Shown here: positions 20,378 through 31,159 of the stretch, one piece after another
Layout: each line of letters begins with the position of its first letter
Numbering within the stretch: the stretch's first letter is position 1
Source: Candidatus Woesebacteria bacterium
GTDB lineage: Bacteria; Patescibacteriota; Microgenomatia; UBA8517
Length of the DNA stretch: 64,000 nucleotides
Direction: 5' to 3'
Assembly: GCA_013374835.1 (NCBI GenBank)
Contig: CP055307.1
Span: 10,447 to 74,446 of the forward strand
Notes under the pieces: generated by a model
What the model was told of the DNA's origin: nothing
The model's input: the letters and a program-made list of their open reading frames with translations, nothing else
Databases searched by the model: none
Translations under genes and position numbers: made by a program

Positions 20378-20968
20378 ATGAAAAGAATTGTTTTTGTGGC
20401 CGGATTGATGATATCGCTATCTTTTTTTAAAATTTCGCTACCTGCCAAAGTCAAGGCTTCTGAGGGTATATTTGAGCTAAAAAACCAAACTGGAGAAGAT
20501 GCGAGGTGTTATGCATTATCCGTACTTATGGCGGACCTTTCTTATGAGATTCTTGCTTCGTGCAGAGATATCCTCTACCCCGGAGGAACCGAGGTTTTTA
20601 GCTATGTTGCTTGGATTAATCCAGTTGACGGAGGTAATCCCCAAAGGCTCGGTACGCTGGGGGTTGGAAAAGTAGAGTTCAAAACAAAAACGCCTTTTAC
20701 AAGCATTTTTGTTACCAAGGAGCTAAACAGCAACGCACGCCAACCCGGAGGAACTATTGTAATGCAAGGCGGACTTCAAAGAATTACTCTCCTTGAAAAC
20801 CCAAATCTAGCCAAAATCGAAGCTCCTGAGCTTGGCGAACCGGAAACATCCCCAAGCCCTACCCCCAAAGCAAGAAGTAGAATTAATATTTTCAGGATTG
20901 GAGGGGCAGCTGCTTTTGTAGGGATATTTTTAATAATTCTACTTGTGCTCTTTTTAACCAGAAGATAA
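20378..20968 (+). CDS. Hypothetical secreted protein with C-terminal membrane anchor
   Basis: Signal peptide, PSPTP linker, C-terminal hydrophobic helix followed by RR. TATAAT lies 6 nt before the ATG (leaderless). Confidence 0.7.
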   Translation: MKRIVFVAGLMISLSFFKISLPAKVKASEGIFELKNQTGEDARCYALSVLMADLSYEILASCRDILYPGGTEVFSYVAWINPVDGGNPQRLGTLGVGKVEFKTKTPFTSIFVTKELNSNARQPGGTIVMQGGLQRITLLENPNLAKIEAPELGEPETSPSPTPKARSRINIFRIGGAAAFVGIFLIILLVLFLTRR

Positions 20969-20969
20969 T

Positions 20970-23597
20970 TTACTTCAGAACAAAATTTATAATTTTTTGA
21001 GGTACAAATATCGTTTTTACAACCTTTTTACCTTTTAACCATTGATTTATTTTAGGATCGGCAATTGCTTTTTTAGCTACAACATCTTGGTCCAAAGCTT
21101 CGTGGTGCGCAAACCTAAGAACCTTTCTAACTTTTCCGTTAACTTGGATTGCTATATTAACCGGCTGATTTTTGATTATTTTGGTATTAATTTTAGGCCA
21201 AGTAGACTTATGGATCGAGAAATCCTTTCCCAGAACCTCTACCCAGACTTCTTCCGCCAAATGTGGTGTAAAGGGAGCGAGTAGTTTACAAAGTACAATT
21301 AACGAATCTTGACTAATCCTTTTTTGTTCTTTTAGGAAATTTACCAATTCCATTATGGATGCTATTGCCGTATTGTATCTAAATTTTTTTATATCTTTGG
21401 TTACTTTTTTTATAGTTTGATTTACTTTGATTGACTCTTTTTTACTTGTTTTCAGTGAATATTTTGTGTTGAATAGTAGCCAGAGGCGCTCAAGAAACTT
21501 TCTCATTCCTTCAATTCCCGTATCGCGAAAATCCGGATAACCGTCCATAGGGCCTAAAAACATGGTGTAGAGCCTTAATGTATCTGCACCGTATTTTTGG
21601 ATGTAGTCATCCGGATTTACTACATTTCCACGGCTTTTGCTCATTTTAGCTCCGTCTTTAATCAAAAGGCCGTGAGCAAAAAAGCGTGGAAATGGCTCCT
21701 CAAAACTTATAATTCCAAGATCAAAAAGAGCCATTGAAATAAATCTTGCGTACATTAGATGCAACACAGCGTGCTCTGCTCCGCCGAAATACAGATCAAC
21801 AGGCAACCAATTTGAGAGAATTTCATCATTAAAAGGCTTAGCACTCTCTTTATTTGTCTGCTTAATTTGTGCTCGAAGATCTTGTCCATATTCTTTAGTG
21901 CCGACGTTTGGATAAGCCAAAAAATACCACGAACTATCTAAAAATGTATCAGAAACATCAGTTTCTCTTTTTGCGACAGATCCGCATACAGGACATCTTG
22001 TTTTATAAAATTCAGGATGGTCTGCAAGAGGGCCTTTGCCTGTACCTTGAGGCAGATAGTACTTGAGTTTGGGAAGAAGTACTGGAAGGTTTTCCTCCGG
22101 ATACCAACCTGCCGACTGCCAGTCATCGGAATTTCTAGAATTTTCAGGTAGACTATTTTTTGTAAACCAGCTTTTTCCCTGTCTAGCGCATTTTTCGCAA
22201 TAGATCATTGGAATAGGCGGACCCCAATAGCGTTGCCTTGAAATGAGCCAGTCGCGAAGGTGATATGTAGTTTTTCGCTTACCCCAACCTTGTTTTTCCA
22301 AATAGTCCAAAATTTTCTCTGTTGCTTTATGAGTATTCATTCCGTTTAAAAATTCGGAGTTTATTGCTATTCCTTCGCCTTCCTCTACCTTGTCTAAAGT
22401 TGTTATCTCAGAAGTATCCCCATTTGAACCAACAACTACTCTTTTTACGGGAATGTTAAACTCTTTTGCGAACTCAAAATCGCGTTTGTCATGCCCCGGA
22501 ACGCCGACAACAGCTCCCGTTCCAAAACCACCCAGTACAAAATCCGACACCCAAATGGGCATTTTATAATTATTTAGCCGATTAATGGCATAAAGTCCTG
22601 TAAAGACGCCTGTTTTTACTCTACCTTCTTTTTTCCTTTGTTGCTCGGTTTTGTTTAAGGCATTATTGACATACTTTGTTACTTTTTGAATATTTTTAGG
22701 AGGAATTAAATTTACTAGATTCTTGCGGGCGTATTCAGGTGAAACAACAATAAAAGTCGCTCCAAAATTTGTGTCAGGGCGGGTTGTAAAGCAATCTATG
22801 GATGCATTTTTACCATCAACTGGATAAGTAATTATGATCCCCTCTTTTTTGCCTATCCACTCTTTTTGAGTTTTAACTACTCTTTCGGACCAATTAATGT
22901 TATCAAGATTTTTAAGTAGTCTTTCAGCGTAATGCGTAATCTTTAAGAACCATTGTTTAAGAATCTTTCGCTCAACTACAGTTCCACATCTTTCGCAGAC
23001 CATCACATCCTCGTCGGAGCCAACTGGCTTCCCGTCTGCACGAATCGGGTCTTTACCTGCCTGAGCCGGAGTCATAACCTGTTCATCCGCAAGTACTGTC
23101 TTACAAGACGGGCACCAATTTACCTCTGCTTCCTTTCTGTATGCCAAGCCCGCTTTAAAAAGCTTTACAAATAGCCACTGAGTCCATTTGTAATAGTCCG
23201 GATCTGATGTTGTTAGCGAATGAGTCCAGTCATAGCCATGCCCCATGCTTTTAAGCTGGTTTGTATAAGTCTTTAAAGTTCGCAAAAGCATTTTCTGGGG
23301 TGTTTCATTTACTTTTATTGCGTAATTTTCAGAGTGAATTCCAAATGAATCGTAGCCTATGGGCTGAAATACTTCTTTCTCGTTCATTCGCATAAATCGA
23401 CCAAATATATCGCTTCCGGTCGAGGAAAAGGCATGCCCTGCGTGTAAACCTTCAGCCGAAGGGTAAGGGAACATAAAAAGGTTATAAAAGGTCTGCTTGC
23501 CGCGAGCTTTCATATCGGTATTATAAATACCCTTTCTCTCCCATATTTTTTGCCACTTTTTTTCTACGACACTGTGGTTATAATTGTATTTTGACAT
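20970..23597 (-). CDS. leuS: Leucine--tRNA ligase
   Basis: MFPYPS..LHAGH, FTTRPDT, DWLISRQRYWG.PIP, KMSKS. Confidence 0.97.
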   Translation of the reverse strand: MSKYNYNHSVVEKKWQKIWERKGIYNTDMKARGKQTFYNLFMFPYPSAEGLHAGHAFSSTGSDIFGRFMRMNEKEVFQPIGYDSFGIHSENYAIKVNETPQKMLLRTLKTYTNQLKSMGHGYDWTHSLTTSDPDYYKWTQWLFVKLFKAGLAYRKEAEVNWCPSCKTVLADEQVMTPAQAGKDPIRADGKPVGSDEDVMVCERCGTVVERKILKQWFLKITHYAERLLKNLDNINWSERVVKTQKEWIGKKEGIIITYPVDGKNASIDCFTTRPDTNFGATFIVVSPEYARKNLVNLIPPKNIQKVTKYVNNALNKTEQQRKKEGRVKTGVFTGLYAINRLNNYKMPIWVSDFVLGGFGTGAVVGVPGHDKRDFEFAKEFNIPVKRVVVGSNGDTSEITTLDKVEEGEGIAINSEFLNGMNTHKATEKILDYLEKQGWGKRKTTYHLRDWLISRQRYWGPPIPMIYCEKCARQGKSWFTKNSLPENSRNSDDWQSAGWYPEENLPVLLPKLKYYLPQGTGKGPLADHPEFYKTRCPVCGSVAKRETDVSDTFLDSSWYFLAYPNVGTKEYGQDLRAQIKQTNKESAKPFNDEILSNWLPVDLYFGGAEHAVLHLMYARFISMALFDLGIISFEEPFPRFFAHGLLIKDGAKMSKSRGNVVNPDDYIQKYGADTLRLYTMFLGPMDGYPDFRDTGIEGMRKFLERLWLLFNTKYSLKTSKKESIKVNQTIKKVTKDIKKFRYNTAIASIMELVNFLKEQKRISQDSLIVLCKLLAPFTPHLAEEVWVEVLGKDFSIHKSTWPKINTKIIKNQPVNIAIQVNGKVRKVLRFAHHEALDQDVVAKKAIADPKINQWLKGKKVVKTIFVPQKIINFVLK

Positions 23598-24173
23598 TTA
23601 GTGGCATTATTTTAATTGACTTGAGGTCTAAAAAGCAAGGAAACAAAATAAATTCCTTAATATAGCCATAAACTTCATAAAAAAAAGCTTAGCAGTTATT
23701 ACCCTCCAGTGCTAAAATATGAATTTGTTATCTAAGTTAAAAGAATTAATTTCCATGCATTTATTTTATGATTTATCTAATCTGTGAAAATAATTAAAAT
23801 TATGCGTGAAATATAAACGTATCATAAAATATTTCTCTTATCTGTAATAAGCATTTTAATAAATATAATTATATTAACAATTTCCCTGTAGTATTTTTGC
23901 ATAATTGAGCTCGTGTAAAATGCGGAAATGTAATAAAAATATTTTTAGAGGATAAATTTAGTATTTATAATTGATTAAATTTTAAGATAAATCTTCTTTG
24001 CGGAAATTTTGTTATTAGGATATGTGAAATATTATTGTATATTGATACTTGTTTATAGCGTTTTATTTATTTCCTTTTTCTTTTCTAAGTATTGACAATT
24101 GTAGTTAACAAGTTATAGATTAAAAGTATAATTTGATATAATTTATGTAAATTAGCCTCATTTTTTATATACC

Positions 24174-25361
24174 ATGAAAAATATTAAAAATATAGAAAAA
24201 AATTTTCTAAATTACCTTAATGAAATGAATCTTTCGAGATCTACAATTAAGAATTACAAATCTGATATTTACTACTTTATAAAATGGTTTAATTACAAAT
24301 ACCCTAGAGTTTCTTTGTCGAAATTTAGTTTATCTGCGATTGACGAATATATTAATTTTCTTCGCTCTTCAAAAACTTCTTATGTAACTATTAATAGAAG
24401 GCTTACTACTCTTAGACATTTTACTAACTTTTTGGTTGAGAGAGGTTTTATTGATCGCAATTTTATGAAGCAATACAGAAATGTGGATAAACGATCTGAA
24501 AGTGATGTACGTAGACTTTTGGGTTTTTTCGAAGAAGATCTCCTTTATAAAGGAGTCAGTAGGAAAAGTGCAAAAAATTATAAATCGGATATAAAGTCTT
24601 ATATTCGCTGGCTATACAAACTCGGTATGGGACAGGAGGATATAAATACTAAAACCTCAAACGCATATCATAAAGAGCTTTTAAAAATCAGGGCCGAAAG
24701 AAGCGTTAAGAGAAGTAGAACCTCTGTCAATAGATTTATAAGGTGGTTTAACAAGGACGAAGACGGTTTTGTACTCAACGGTGTAAAAAGAGAAAAAGAA
24801 ATTACAGATTTGCCAAAAAAGCCTACCGTCCCCATAATACTATTTATAACAGCAATTATTCTTCTAATTACACAAATCGTAATCAGCACTGATCCTGCTG
24901 CTCCCCCAGCTACTGTATCGGCGCTTGACAGTTATTCTTTGGATACCGTTGAGAGTGAGACATCTGAAAAAGAGCTTTATTCAAACTTAAAAGACAAAAA
25001 AATATCTATAATCCTTGATGATAAGACCCTTCCGCATTCCGTTACTGCCAATGCGCATTTTAATGAGGAGAATATGCTCGTTCTTGAGCTTGTGGATGAA
25101 GAGTCACCGGACAGCGTGCTTAATATGAGCGAAAGCGGTAATTATATTGCCGGTGTGTCTTTTATACCAGCGGGTAAAACTGAATACTTTATATATAATC
25201 CAGAAGTAAAAGAGAATTCGTTTATTTATATTACGCCAAAAACCTCTAGTGAAAACCAAATAATTTATGTCAAAAACCAGGGTGAGGGTTTTTTTGTAGC
25301 AGCTATAGATAAGCCTCTTAACAGACAGCTTGATTTTAACTGGGTATTGATTAATATATAA
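24174..25361 (+). CDS. Membrane protein with two phage-integrase N-terminal (SAM-like) domains, one TM helix and a C-terminal beta-rich domain; no catalytic integrase domain
   Basis: Two S..T.KNYKSDI..F..W repeats; TINRRLTTLRHF; TM segment VPIILFITAIILLITQIVI; no R...HxxR...Y catalytic set seen. Confidence 0.75.
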   Translation: MKNIKNIEKNFLNYLNEMNLSRSTIKNYKSDIYYFIKWFNYKYPRVSLSKFSLSAIDEYINFLRSSKTSYVTINRRLTTLRHFTNFLVERGFIDRNFMKQYRNVDKRSESDVRRLLGFFEEDLLYKGVSRKSAKNYKSDIKSYIRWLYKLGMGQEDINTKTSNAYHKELLKIRAERSVKRSRTSVNRFIRWFNKDEDGFVLNGVKREKEITDLPKKPTVPIILFITAIILLITQIVISTDPAAPPATVSALDSYSLDTVESETSEKELYSNLKDKKISIILDDKTLPHSVTANAHFNEENMLVLELVDEESPDSVLNMSESGNYIAGVSFIPAGKTEYFIYNPEVKENSFIYITPKTSSENQIIYVKNQGEGFFVAAIDKPLNRQLDFNWVLINI

Positions 25362-25465
25362 AGTATTATTTCTATATCATTCTATATAAATTAATATATA
25401 GAATAATAATTTGAGATAATCAGGTCTTGACAAAACAAATATATTAAGAGAATAATTATCAAAAC

Positions 25466-27487
25466 ATGAACGCTAACTTGGAAAAAATCGAATCCTTTGT
25501 AACATATTTGATTGTAGCTTTGGTTCCCGTAGTGATATTGGCAGTATTCCCCAATGCCTTTACTACACCAAAATTGATTGTGCTTTCTTTTGGTGTTTTT
25601 ATATTAATTCTATTTAAAGTAGCCAAAGTTTTTTTAAAAGGTAATATAGAATTTAGCGTAGGAAGTTTTGATATTCCAATACTACTTTTGATAATTGCGT
25701 ATCTTGCAAGCGCTATTGTTAATACTCCTAATAAGCCGGAGGCGTTCTTTTTGCCGGGTACTGCAACAATATTTATAGCAGGAGCTTTTTTGTATTTCTT
25801 GCTTAATCAAGCCTCTTCATCCACCAGAAAAAATACTATGATTGCCCTTTATATTTCGGGGATTATTGTAGCAGTTTTTTCTCTATTTTCTACCGCTGGC
25901 ATATTTAGCAGAATGGAGTCTTTGCCTGCATTTATGAAAGAGACTGGCTTTACTCCCGTAGGAGGAAGCCTTCCATCATTTATCATGTTTGTTACTCTTA
26001 TCCCAGTTGGTATTAACTACATGCTCAAAGAAAAGGATATTTCACAGAAAGCTTTTTGGGGTGTAAGCTTAGCGCTTCTTTTATTTGGCACAGTGACTTC
26101 ACTTATTAATATAGTTCCGGGAAAATCAAGCTCTCCCCAACTTCCAAGCTTCAAAACTTCTTGGGTAGTTACTGTTGATACACTGAAAAACAGTCCCCTC
26201 CTTGGTATTGGTGCAGGAAATTATTTGACTGCATTTAATAGATTTAGACCCATTGAATACAATCAAACCGATTTATGGAGGCTTAGATTTACCTCTGCGA
26301 GAAACTTTTACTTTACAGTTATTACCGAAACAGGATTGCTGGGATTTGCGGCTTTGGCAATGATTGCTTACAGCACTTATAAGACAATCAAAAGTGAAGA
26401 CAAAGAGAAAAAGCTTGTCGGCTGGAGCACCAAAGATACATCTATAATACTACCGCTTGTAATTTTAGCTGCTCTTATGCTTCTATTTCCATCTAACATT
26501 GTATTTGTAATGATGATTTTTGTTTTTTTAGCATTGAATTCGGAACTACATCCTATTAAGCTCGGAGCATTTTCTGTAGCACAAAGTGAAGGTAGTCGAA
26601 CAAACAATCTGGGGATGAAGCTACCTATTATTATAATTACCTTACCAATTATAATCGGATTTATTGTATTTAGCTATTATGCTTCCAGAGCTATTGCGGC
26701 AGAGCACTCTTATAAAAAATCACTTGACGCTATTGCCAGAAACGACGGAAAAAATGCTTATGATTTGTTAAGAAATGCAATTAATACCAATCCATATGTT
26801 GACAGGTATCATACAACTTATGCTCAAATAAACCTTGCGCTAGCAAACACAATAGCCTCAAAAGAAGATTTTTCCGATCAAGACAGAGAAACCGTTGCCC
26901 AGTTAATACAGCAGGCAATAAGAGAGGGCAAATCTACCGTGACTCTAAACCCACAAAGAGCTGCAAACTGGGAAGTTCTTGCAAGAATTTATCAGGCAAT
27001 AATACCTTTGGCTAATAATGCGAATGCATTTGCTGCTGAGACTTACAGACAAGCTGTAGCTCTTGATCCAATAAATCCCGAACTTAGGATAGCTCTTGGA
27101 GGAATTTACTATGCAGCAGGAGACTATAATAACGCCATCAGAATCTTTGAATTGGCTACTGTTACTAAACCCGATTTCGCAAATGCTTATTATAATCTTG
27201 CTTATGCTTTGTATGGAAATGAGCAGTATGACCAGGCGATACAGCAGATGTCTGTGGTATTGTCTTTAGTTGAATCCAATAGCCAAGATTATGAAACAGC
27301 CAGACAGGCTTTGGAGAACTTCCAAGAGAAAAAAGAGACCAAAGCTCCCAGTACGGATAACTTAACCCCACCTAAAGAGCAAGAAAAATCTATTATAGAG
27401 CCTCCCATTGAACTCCCCAAAGAGGCTGAACCTCCAGAACAATCTGCTTCACCAAGTCCGACAGTTTCCCCTACTCCACTACCTTAA
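25466..27487 (+). CDS. O-antigen ligase (Wzy_C)-like polytopic membrane protein with C-terminal TPRs
   Basis: PLLGIGAGNY, ETGLLG; many TM helices; TPR motifs (A..LDP.NP, ANAYYNLA). Confidence 0.8.
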   Translation: MNANLEKIESFVTYLIVALVPVVILAVFPNAFTTPKLIVLSFGVFILILFKVAKVFLKGNIEFSVGSFDIPILLLIIAYLASAIVNTPNKPEAFFLPGTATIFIAGAFLYFLLNQASSSTRKNTMIALYISGIIVAVFSLFSTAGIFSRMESLPAFMKETGFTPVGGSLPSFIMFVTLIPVGINYMLKEKDISQKAFWGVSLALLLFGTVTSLINIVPGKSSSPQLPSFKTSWVVTVDTLKNSPLLGIGAGNYLTAFNRFRPIEYNQTDLWRLRFTSARNFYFTVITETGLLGFAALAMIAYSTYKTIKSEDKEKKLVGWSTKDTSIILPLVILAALMLLFPSNIVFVMMIFVFLALNSELHPIKLGAFSVAQSEGSRTNNLGMKLPIIIITLPIIIGFIVFSYYASRAIAAEHSYKKSLDAIARNDGKNAYDLLRNAINTNPYVDRYHTTYAQINLALANTIASKEDFSDQDRETVAQLIQQAIREGKSTVTLNPQRAANWEVLARIYQAIIPLANNANAFAAETYRQAVALDPINPELRIALGGIYYAAGDYNNAIRIFELATVTKPDFANAYYNLAYALYGNEQYDQAIQQMSVVLSLVESNSQDYETARQALENFQEKKETKAPSTDNLTPPKEQEKSIIEPPIELPKEAEPPEQSASPSPTVSPTPLP

Positions 27488-27506
27488 TTACTAATGACTA
27501 ATAATG

Positions 27507-27577
27507 TGGACCTAGCCAGAATCGAACTGGCAATTTACCCATGCGAAGGGTACGGTATACCATTTACCTATAGGCCC
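27507..27577 (-). tRNA. tRNA-Ala(CGC)
   Basis: Acceptor stem GGGCCTA/TAGGTCC with G3:U70; anticodon arm TACCC-TTCGCAT-GGGTA; TTCGA T-loop; CCA not encoded. Confidence 0.92.
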
Positions 27578-27597
27578 GCTTGATAAATTATAGATTG

Positions 27598-28704
27598 TTA
27601 AAGAATGGTCAAGGGATCGAGGAATGTACCTCCACGACGAATTTCAAAGTGAAGATGAGTCCCTGTTGAACGACCTGTTGAGCCCATCTTACCTATCGCA
27701 TCCCCTCTTCTTACTGTTTGGCCTACTAAAACATAGATTAATGACATGTGGGCATAAAGCGTTTGATAGCCGTTTCCATGATCTATCATTACTCTATTTC
27801 CATAGCCATATCCATCCGGCCATCCTGCTACTATTACAGTTCCCGAATCAGCAGCCAGAATATTTGGAGCTGCGCTGTTAGCAATATCTATACCCTTGTG
27901 GTACCAAGCAAAACGCTGCGTGATTGTACCACTTACTGGCCATACGAACTGTCCTGAGGCTACGACCGTACCTGCATCCGGTGTAACCTGCCTGACTCTT
28001 GCTACTGGTGACCAAGGTATGGCTTCGGGCATTATACCATCCGGAACAATTATTGTTTGACCTATTGCAAGCTCAAATGTTTCATCGTTTATAAACGCGT
28101 TGTATGGATAATCAACGATTGCCTGAGGAGAAGTGTCGTATTTTTTAGCTATTGAATAAACAGTATCACCCTTTTGAACTTTATGGGATACGCCGGTGAT
28201 TGGTAAAATTTCGAGTGTTTGGCCGACTTTTATCTGGTCTTTTGATTTAAGCTTATTCTGCCAACGGACAGTATCAACAGATACTCCGAATTTTTCCGCT
28301 ATTGTACTTACTGTATCCCCTTCTTCTACGGTATATTCAATAACTTTATCCCTCATTTTCTCGGAAATCATTGTAGAAGTTCCGGAAGAATTGTCTATTG
28401 TAGCCGAAAGCACTGTTCCGGGTGACGGGGTATCCCAGGGATCCACCTTGCTTTGAGGAAATTCCTGCGCAACTATCGGAGCAATCATTATACCGAAAGC
28501 CGTAATGCCTGCCATACCAGAATGCATAAGCCGTCTTGCCATTTTACCTCTCTGCCTATATAAAGAGGTGACAAAAACACTTTTATAAATTTCTATCTTG
28601 CGAGCGTGAATTCTTGTAAGCTTTAGTAGATAAGAAAACAGCTCGCGTAAAAAGATTAAAAAATCAGTCAAAAGGGACTTAAAATTTAAAAACAGCTTGT
28701 TCAT
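27598..28704 (-). CDS. Two LysM domains + M23 peptidase (peptidoglycan hydrolase)
   Basis: YTVEEGDTVSTIA and HKVQKGDTVYSIA; HKGID, YAH, STGTHLHFE. Confidence 0.93.
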   Translation of the reverse strand: MNKLFLNFKSLLTDFLIFLRELFSYLLKLTRIHARKIEIYKSVFVTSLYRQRGKMARRLMHSGMAGITAFGIMIAPIVAQEFPQSKVDPWDTPSPGTVLSATIDNSSGTSTMISEKMRDKVIEYTVEEGDTVSTIAEKFGVSVDTVRWQNKLKSKDQIKVGQTLEILPITGVSHKVQKGDTVYSIAKKYDTSPQAIVDYPYNAFINDETFELAIGQTIIVPDGIMPEAIPWSPVARVRQVTPDAGTVVASGQFVWPVSGTITQRFAWYHKGIDIANSAAPNILAADSGTVIVAGWPDGYGYGNRVMIDHGNGYQTLYAHMSLIYVLVGQTVRRGDAIGKMGSTGRSTGTHLHFEIRRGGTFLDPLTIL

Positions 28705-28751
28705 TGCTGTGGGAATACATTACCACAAGATGGCTTACGAAATCAATTATT

Positions 28752-29978
28752 TTAAGCTGGGGTTTTTAGGGAATTTAAGAATTCGTCGTTGTCTTCGGTT
28801 TTTTTGAGTCGCTCCAGAAGCATTTCGGTTCGCTCATCATCCGGCATCATTTCAAGCATACGCCTTAGGGTCTGTACCTTTTTGAGTTTATCTTCTCCGT
28901 AAAGAAGCTCTTCGTGCCTTGTGCCAGATCTTGATACATCTATTGCGGGAAAAATCCTTTTTTCAGCAAGTTTTCTTACCAGGTGAAGCTCCATATTTCC
29001 TGTGCCCTTGAATTCCTCATAGATTAAATCATCCATTCTAGATCCTGTATCAACAAGGCAAGTTCCTATAATTGTGAGAGAGCCTCCATCTTCAATCTTT
29101 CTTGCTGCGCCAAAGAATCTTTTGGCGGGGAAAAGAGCCTGGGGATCAAAGCCTCCTGTAAGGGTTCTACCCGATGTCGGAAGAGCAAGGTTATAAGCCC
29201 GTGCTAAGCGCGTGATTGAATCAAGCAGCATTACCACGTTGTTTCCCTCTTCTACTAATCTTTTTGCTCGGTCAAGGGCAAGTTCGGCAACTCGGGTCTG
29301 ATTTTCCGGCGGTTCGTCAAAATTACTTGCTGCAACATCCCCTTCTCCATCTGTAACCGAACTTACGTGACGCTTGATATCTGTTACCTCTTCGGGGCGT
29401 TCACCTATAAGAACTGCAATTATATGTGCTTTAATTTCCTTCCCCTTTGAGTTTTCAGGGTAATTTTTGGCAAGACCCCCAATTATATCTTTAAGAAGCC
29501 ATGTTTTACCTGCTTTTGGAGCTGAAACTATCAAACCTCTCTGGCCAAAGCCTATTGGCGCTATCAAATCTATCACTCTTGTTGTTAAGGGCTCTTTACC
29601 CGTAGAAAGTTTGATTTGAGAATCTGGATAAATTGCTACCAAATTTTCGAAATCGGAGCGTTTTTGCAATTCCACCGCTTCTTTTCCATTTACTTTTTCT
29701 ACTTTAAGAAGACCCCAGTAGCGCTCGTTTTCTTTTGGCCTTCTGGCAAGGCCTGTGATCATATCTCCATTTCTAAGATTAAATCTTCTTATCTGCGAGG
29801 CCGAGATATAGATATCGTTATCCGATGCAGAAAATTGAGGTCTTAATAGGCCTGAACCTTCATTTGCAACGTCTAATACTCCCTTAACTTCTTCTGTCGG
29901 CAAGCCCGAATCAGGAAGAACTCGATCATCAACAATCAGTTTCTTTTGGGAATCTTCTGTTTTTGAATCTGAAACCAT
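28752..29978 (-). CDS. rho: Transcription termination factor Rho
   Basis: [53 protein letters not shown]. Confidence 0.97.
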   Translation of the reverse strand: MVSDSKTEDSQKKLIVDDRVLPDSGLPTEEVKGVLDVANEGSGLLRPQFSASDNDIYISASQIRRFNLRNGDMITGLARRPKENERYWGLLKVEKVNGKEAVELQKRSDFENLVAIYPDSQIKLSTGKEPLTTRVIDLIAPIGFGQRGLIVSAPKAGKTWLLKDIIGGLAKNYPENSKGKEIKAHIIAVLIGERPEEVTDIKRHVSSVTDGEGDVAASNFDEPPENQTRVAELALDRAKRLVEEGNNVVMLLDSITRLARAYNLALPTSGRTLTGGFDPQALFPAKRFFGAARKIEDGGSLTIIGTCLVDTGSRMDDLIYEEFKGTGNMELHLVRKLAEKRIFPAIDVSRSGTRHEELLYGEDKLKKVQTLRRMLEMMPDDERTEMLLERLKKTEDNDEFLNSLKTPA

Positions 29979-30054
29979 GAAATTAATTCTCTATATTTAA
30001 GAGGCAGGTAATTCATTCATTGTGTGGAAAACCTTCTTTTTGAGAAGTTATTAA

Positions 30055-30083
30055 ATTATATTTTTATCCTTACAACTTGTCAA
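30055..30083 (-). promoter_or_regulatory. Consensus sigma70 promoter of rho
   Basis: Minus strand reads TTGACA-17 bp-TATAAT. Confidence 0.8.
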
Positions 30084-30107
30084 TATCAAAGTTCTTTGAA
30101 TTCTTTA

Positions 30108-31124
30108 TTAGAATCCGATTAATTGCACCTCGGGAACGAGTGTAACTTTGTATTTTTGTTTAACATCCAGTACTATTTTTTCAGCCAGATTTTTAATGTC
30201 ATTTGCTTTTGCTTTGCCATCGGGGTTTATTAATATTAGCGCGTGTTTATCCGAAACTGCTGCTGTTTTGAAAGATTTTCCCTTCCAGCCTGCTTTTTCA
30301 ATAAGAAAGGCAGCCGATATCTTAAACTTGTTTCCCGCCGGATAGGCAGAAACTTCACCAATAATTTTTTTTAATTTTTGAAATTCGTTTTTACTGATTT
30401 CGGGATTTTTGAAAAATGATCCTGCATTTCCAATAATATTCCAATCCTCAAGCTTCGCCTTCCTTATTGCAAGCACAGCATTTCTTACATCCCACAAAGA
30501 AGGATTGTTGATACCGTTTTCATTTAGATAAAACGACAATGAGTCGTATTTAATTTTTGGAGTATTATCTTTCCTAAGTTTTAGGGTGACTTCAAAAATA
30601 ATAAACCTTCCCATTTCTTTTTTAAAGATGCTGTCTCTGTAGGCAAAACGGCAGTCTTTTTTATTCATCTTTATAAATTCCTCATTTTTTCTGTCAAAGG
30701 CTATAAGGCTTTCAAATGTGTCGGCAAGTTCTTGGCCGTAAGCTCCGATATTTTGGATAGGGGCGGCTCCAAGAGTGCCAGGTATGCCAGATAAACATTC
30801 AATACCGGATAAGCCTTTTTGAATTGATTTTTCTACCAGATAATCCCAAACTACTCCTGCTCTGCCGACTACAATATTACCTTTAATTTTAAGGCTTTTA
30901 TCGGTTATTTTTATAACCATGCCTTTTATGCCTTTGTCACTTACTAGGATATCGCTTCCCCCACCAAGAACAAACAAATTAATTTTTTTCTTTTTTGCAA
31001 AATCGTGAGCATAAATAATATCTTTTTTGTTTTTAACCTCAAAATAGAATTCTGCCGGACCTCCCAAATGAAAGGTTGTTAAATCTCTAAGTATTAAATT
31101 TTTTTTAATATTTCTTTTAACCAT
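30108..31124 (-). CDS. murB: UDP-N-acetylenolpyruvoylglucosamine reductase
   Basis: LGGGSD, GIPGTLGAAPIQNIGAYG, NAGSFFKNP, HAL.LIN, L.PEV. Confidence 0.96.
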   Translation of the reverse strand: MVKRNIKKNLILRDLTTFHLGGPAEFYFEVKNKKDIIYAHDFAKKKKINLFVLGGGSDILVSDKGIKGMVIKITDKSLKIKGNIVVGRAGVVWDYLVEKSIQKGLSGIECLSGIPGTLGAAPIQNIGAYGQELADTFESLIAFDRKNEEFIKMNKKDCRFAYRDSIFKKEMGRFIIFEVTLKLRKDNTPKIKYDSLSFYLNENGINNPSLWDVRNAVLAIRKAKLEDWNIIGNAGSFFKNPEISKNEFQKLKKIIGEVSAYPAGNKFKISAAFLIEKAGWKGKSFKTAAVSDKHALILINPDGKAKANDIKNLAEKIVLDVKQKYKVTLVPEVQLIGF

Positions 31125-31159
31125 CTAACTTCAGGTAAATCCTAGTTGGCTATAACAAT

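Noticed and set aside
23056-23069. CCTGCCTGAGCCGG in leuS as a copy of the 20-bp palindrome
   Set aside because: It is only a partial, non-palindromic match and can be explained by coding sequence (PAQAG).
24174-25361. Active integrase or prophage boundary
   Set aside because: No catalytic tyrosine-recombinase domain, no phage genes and no att-like repeats were seen.
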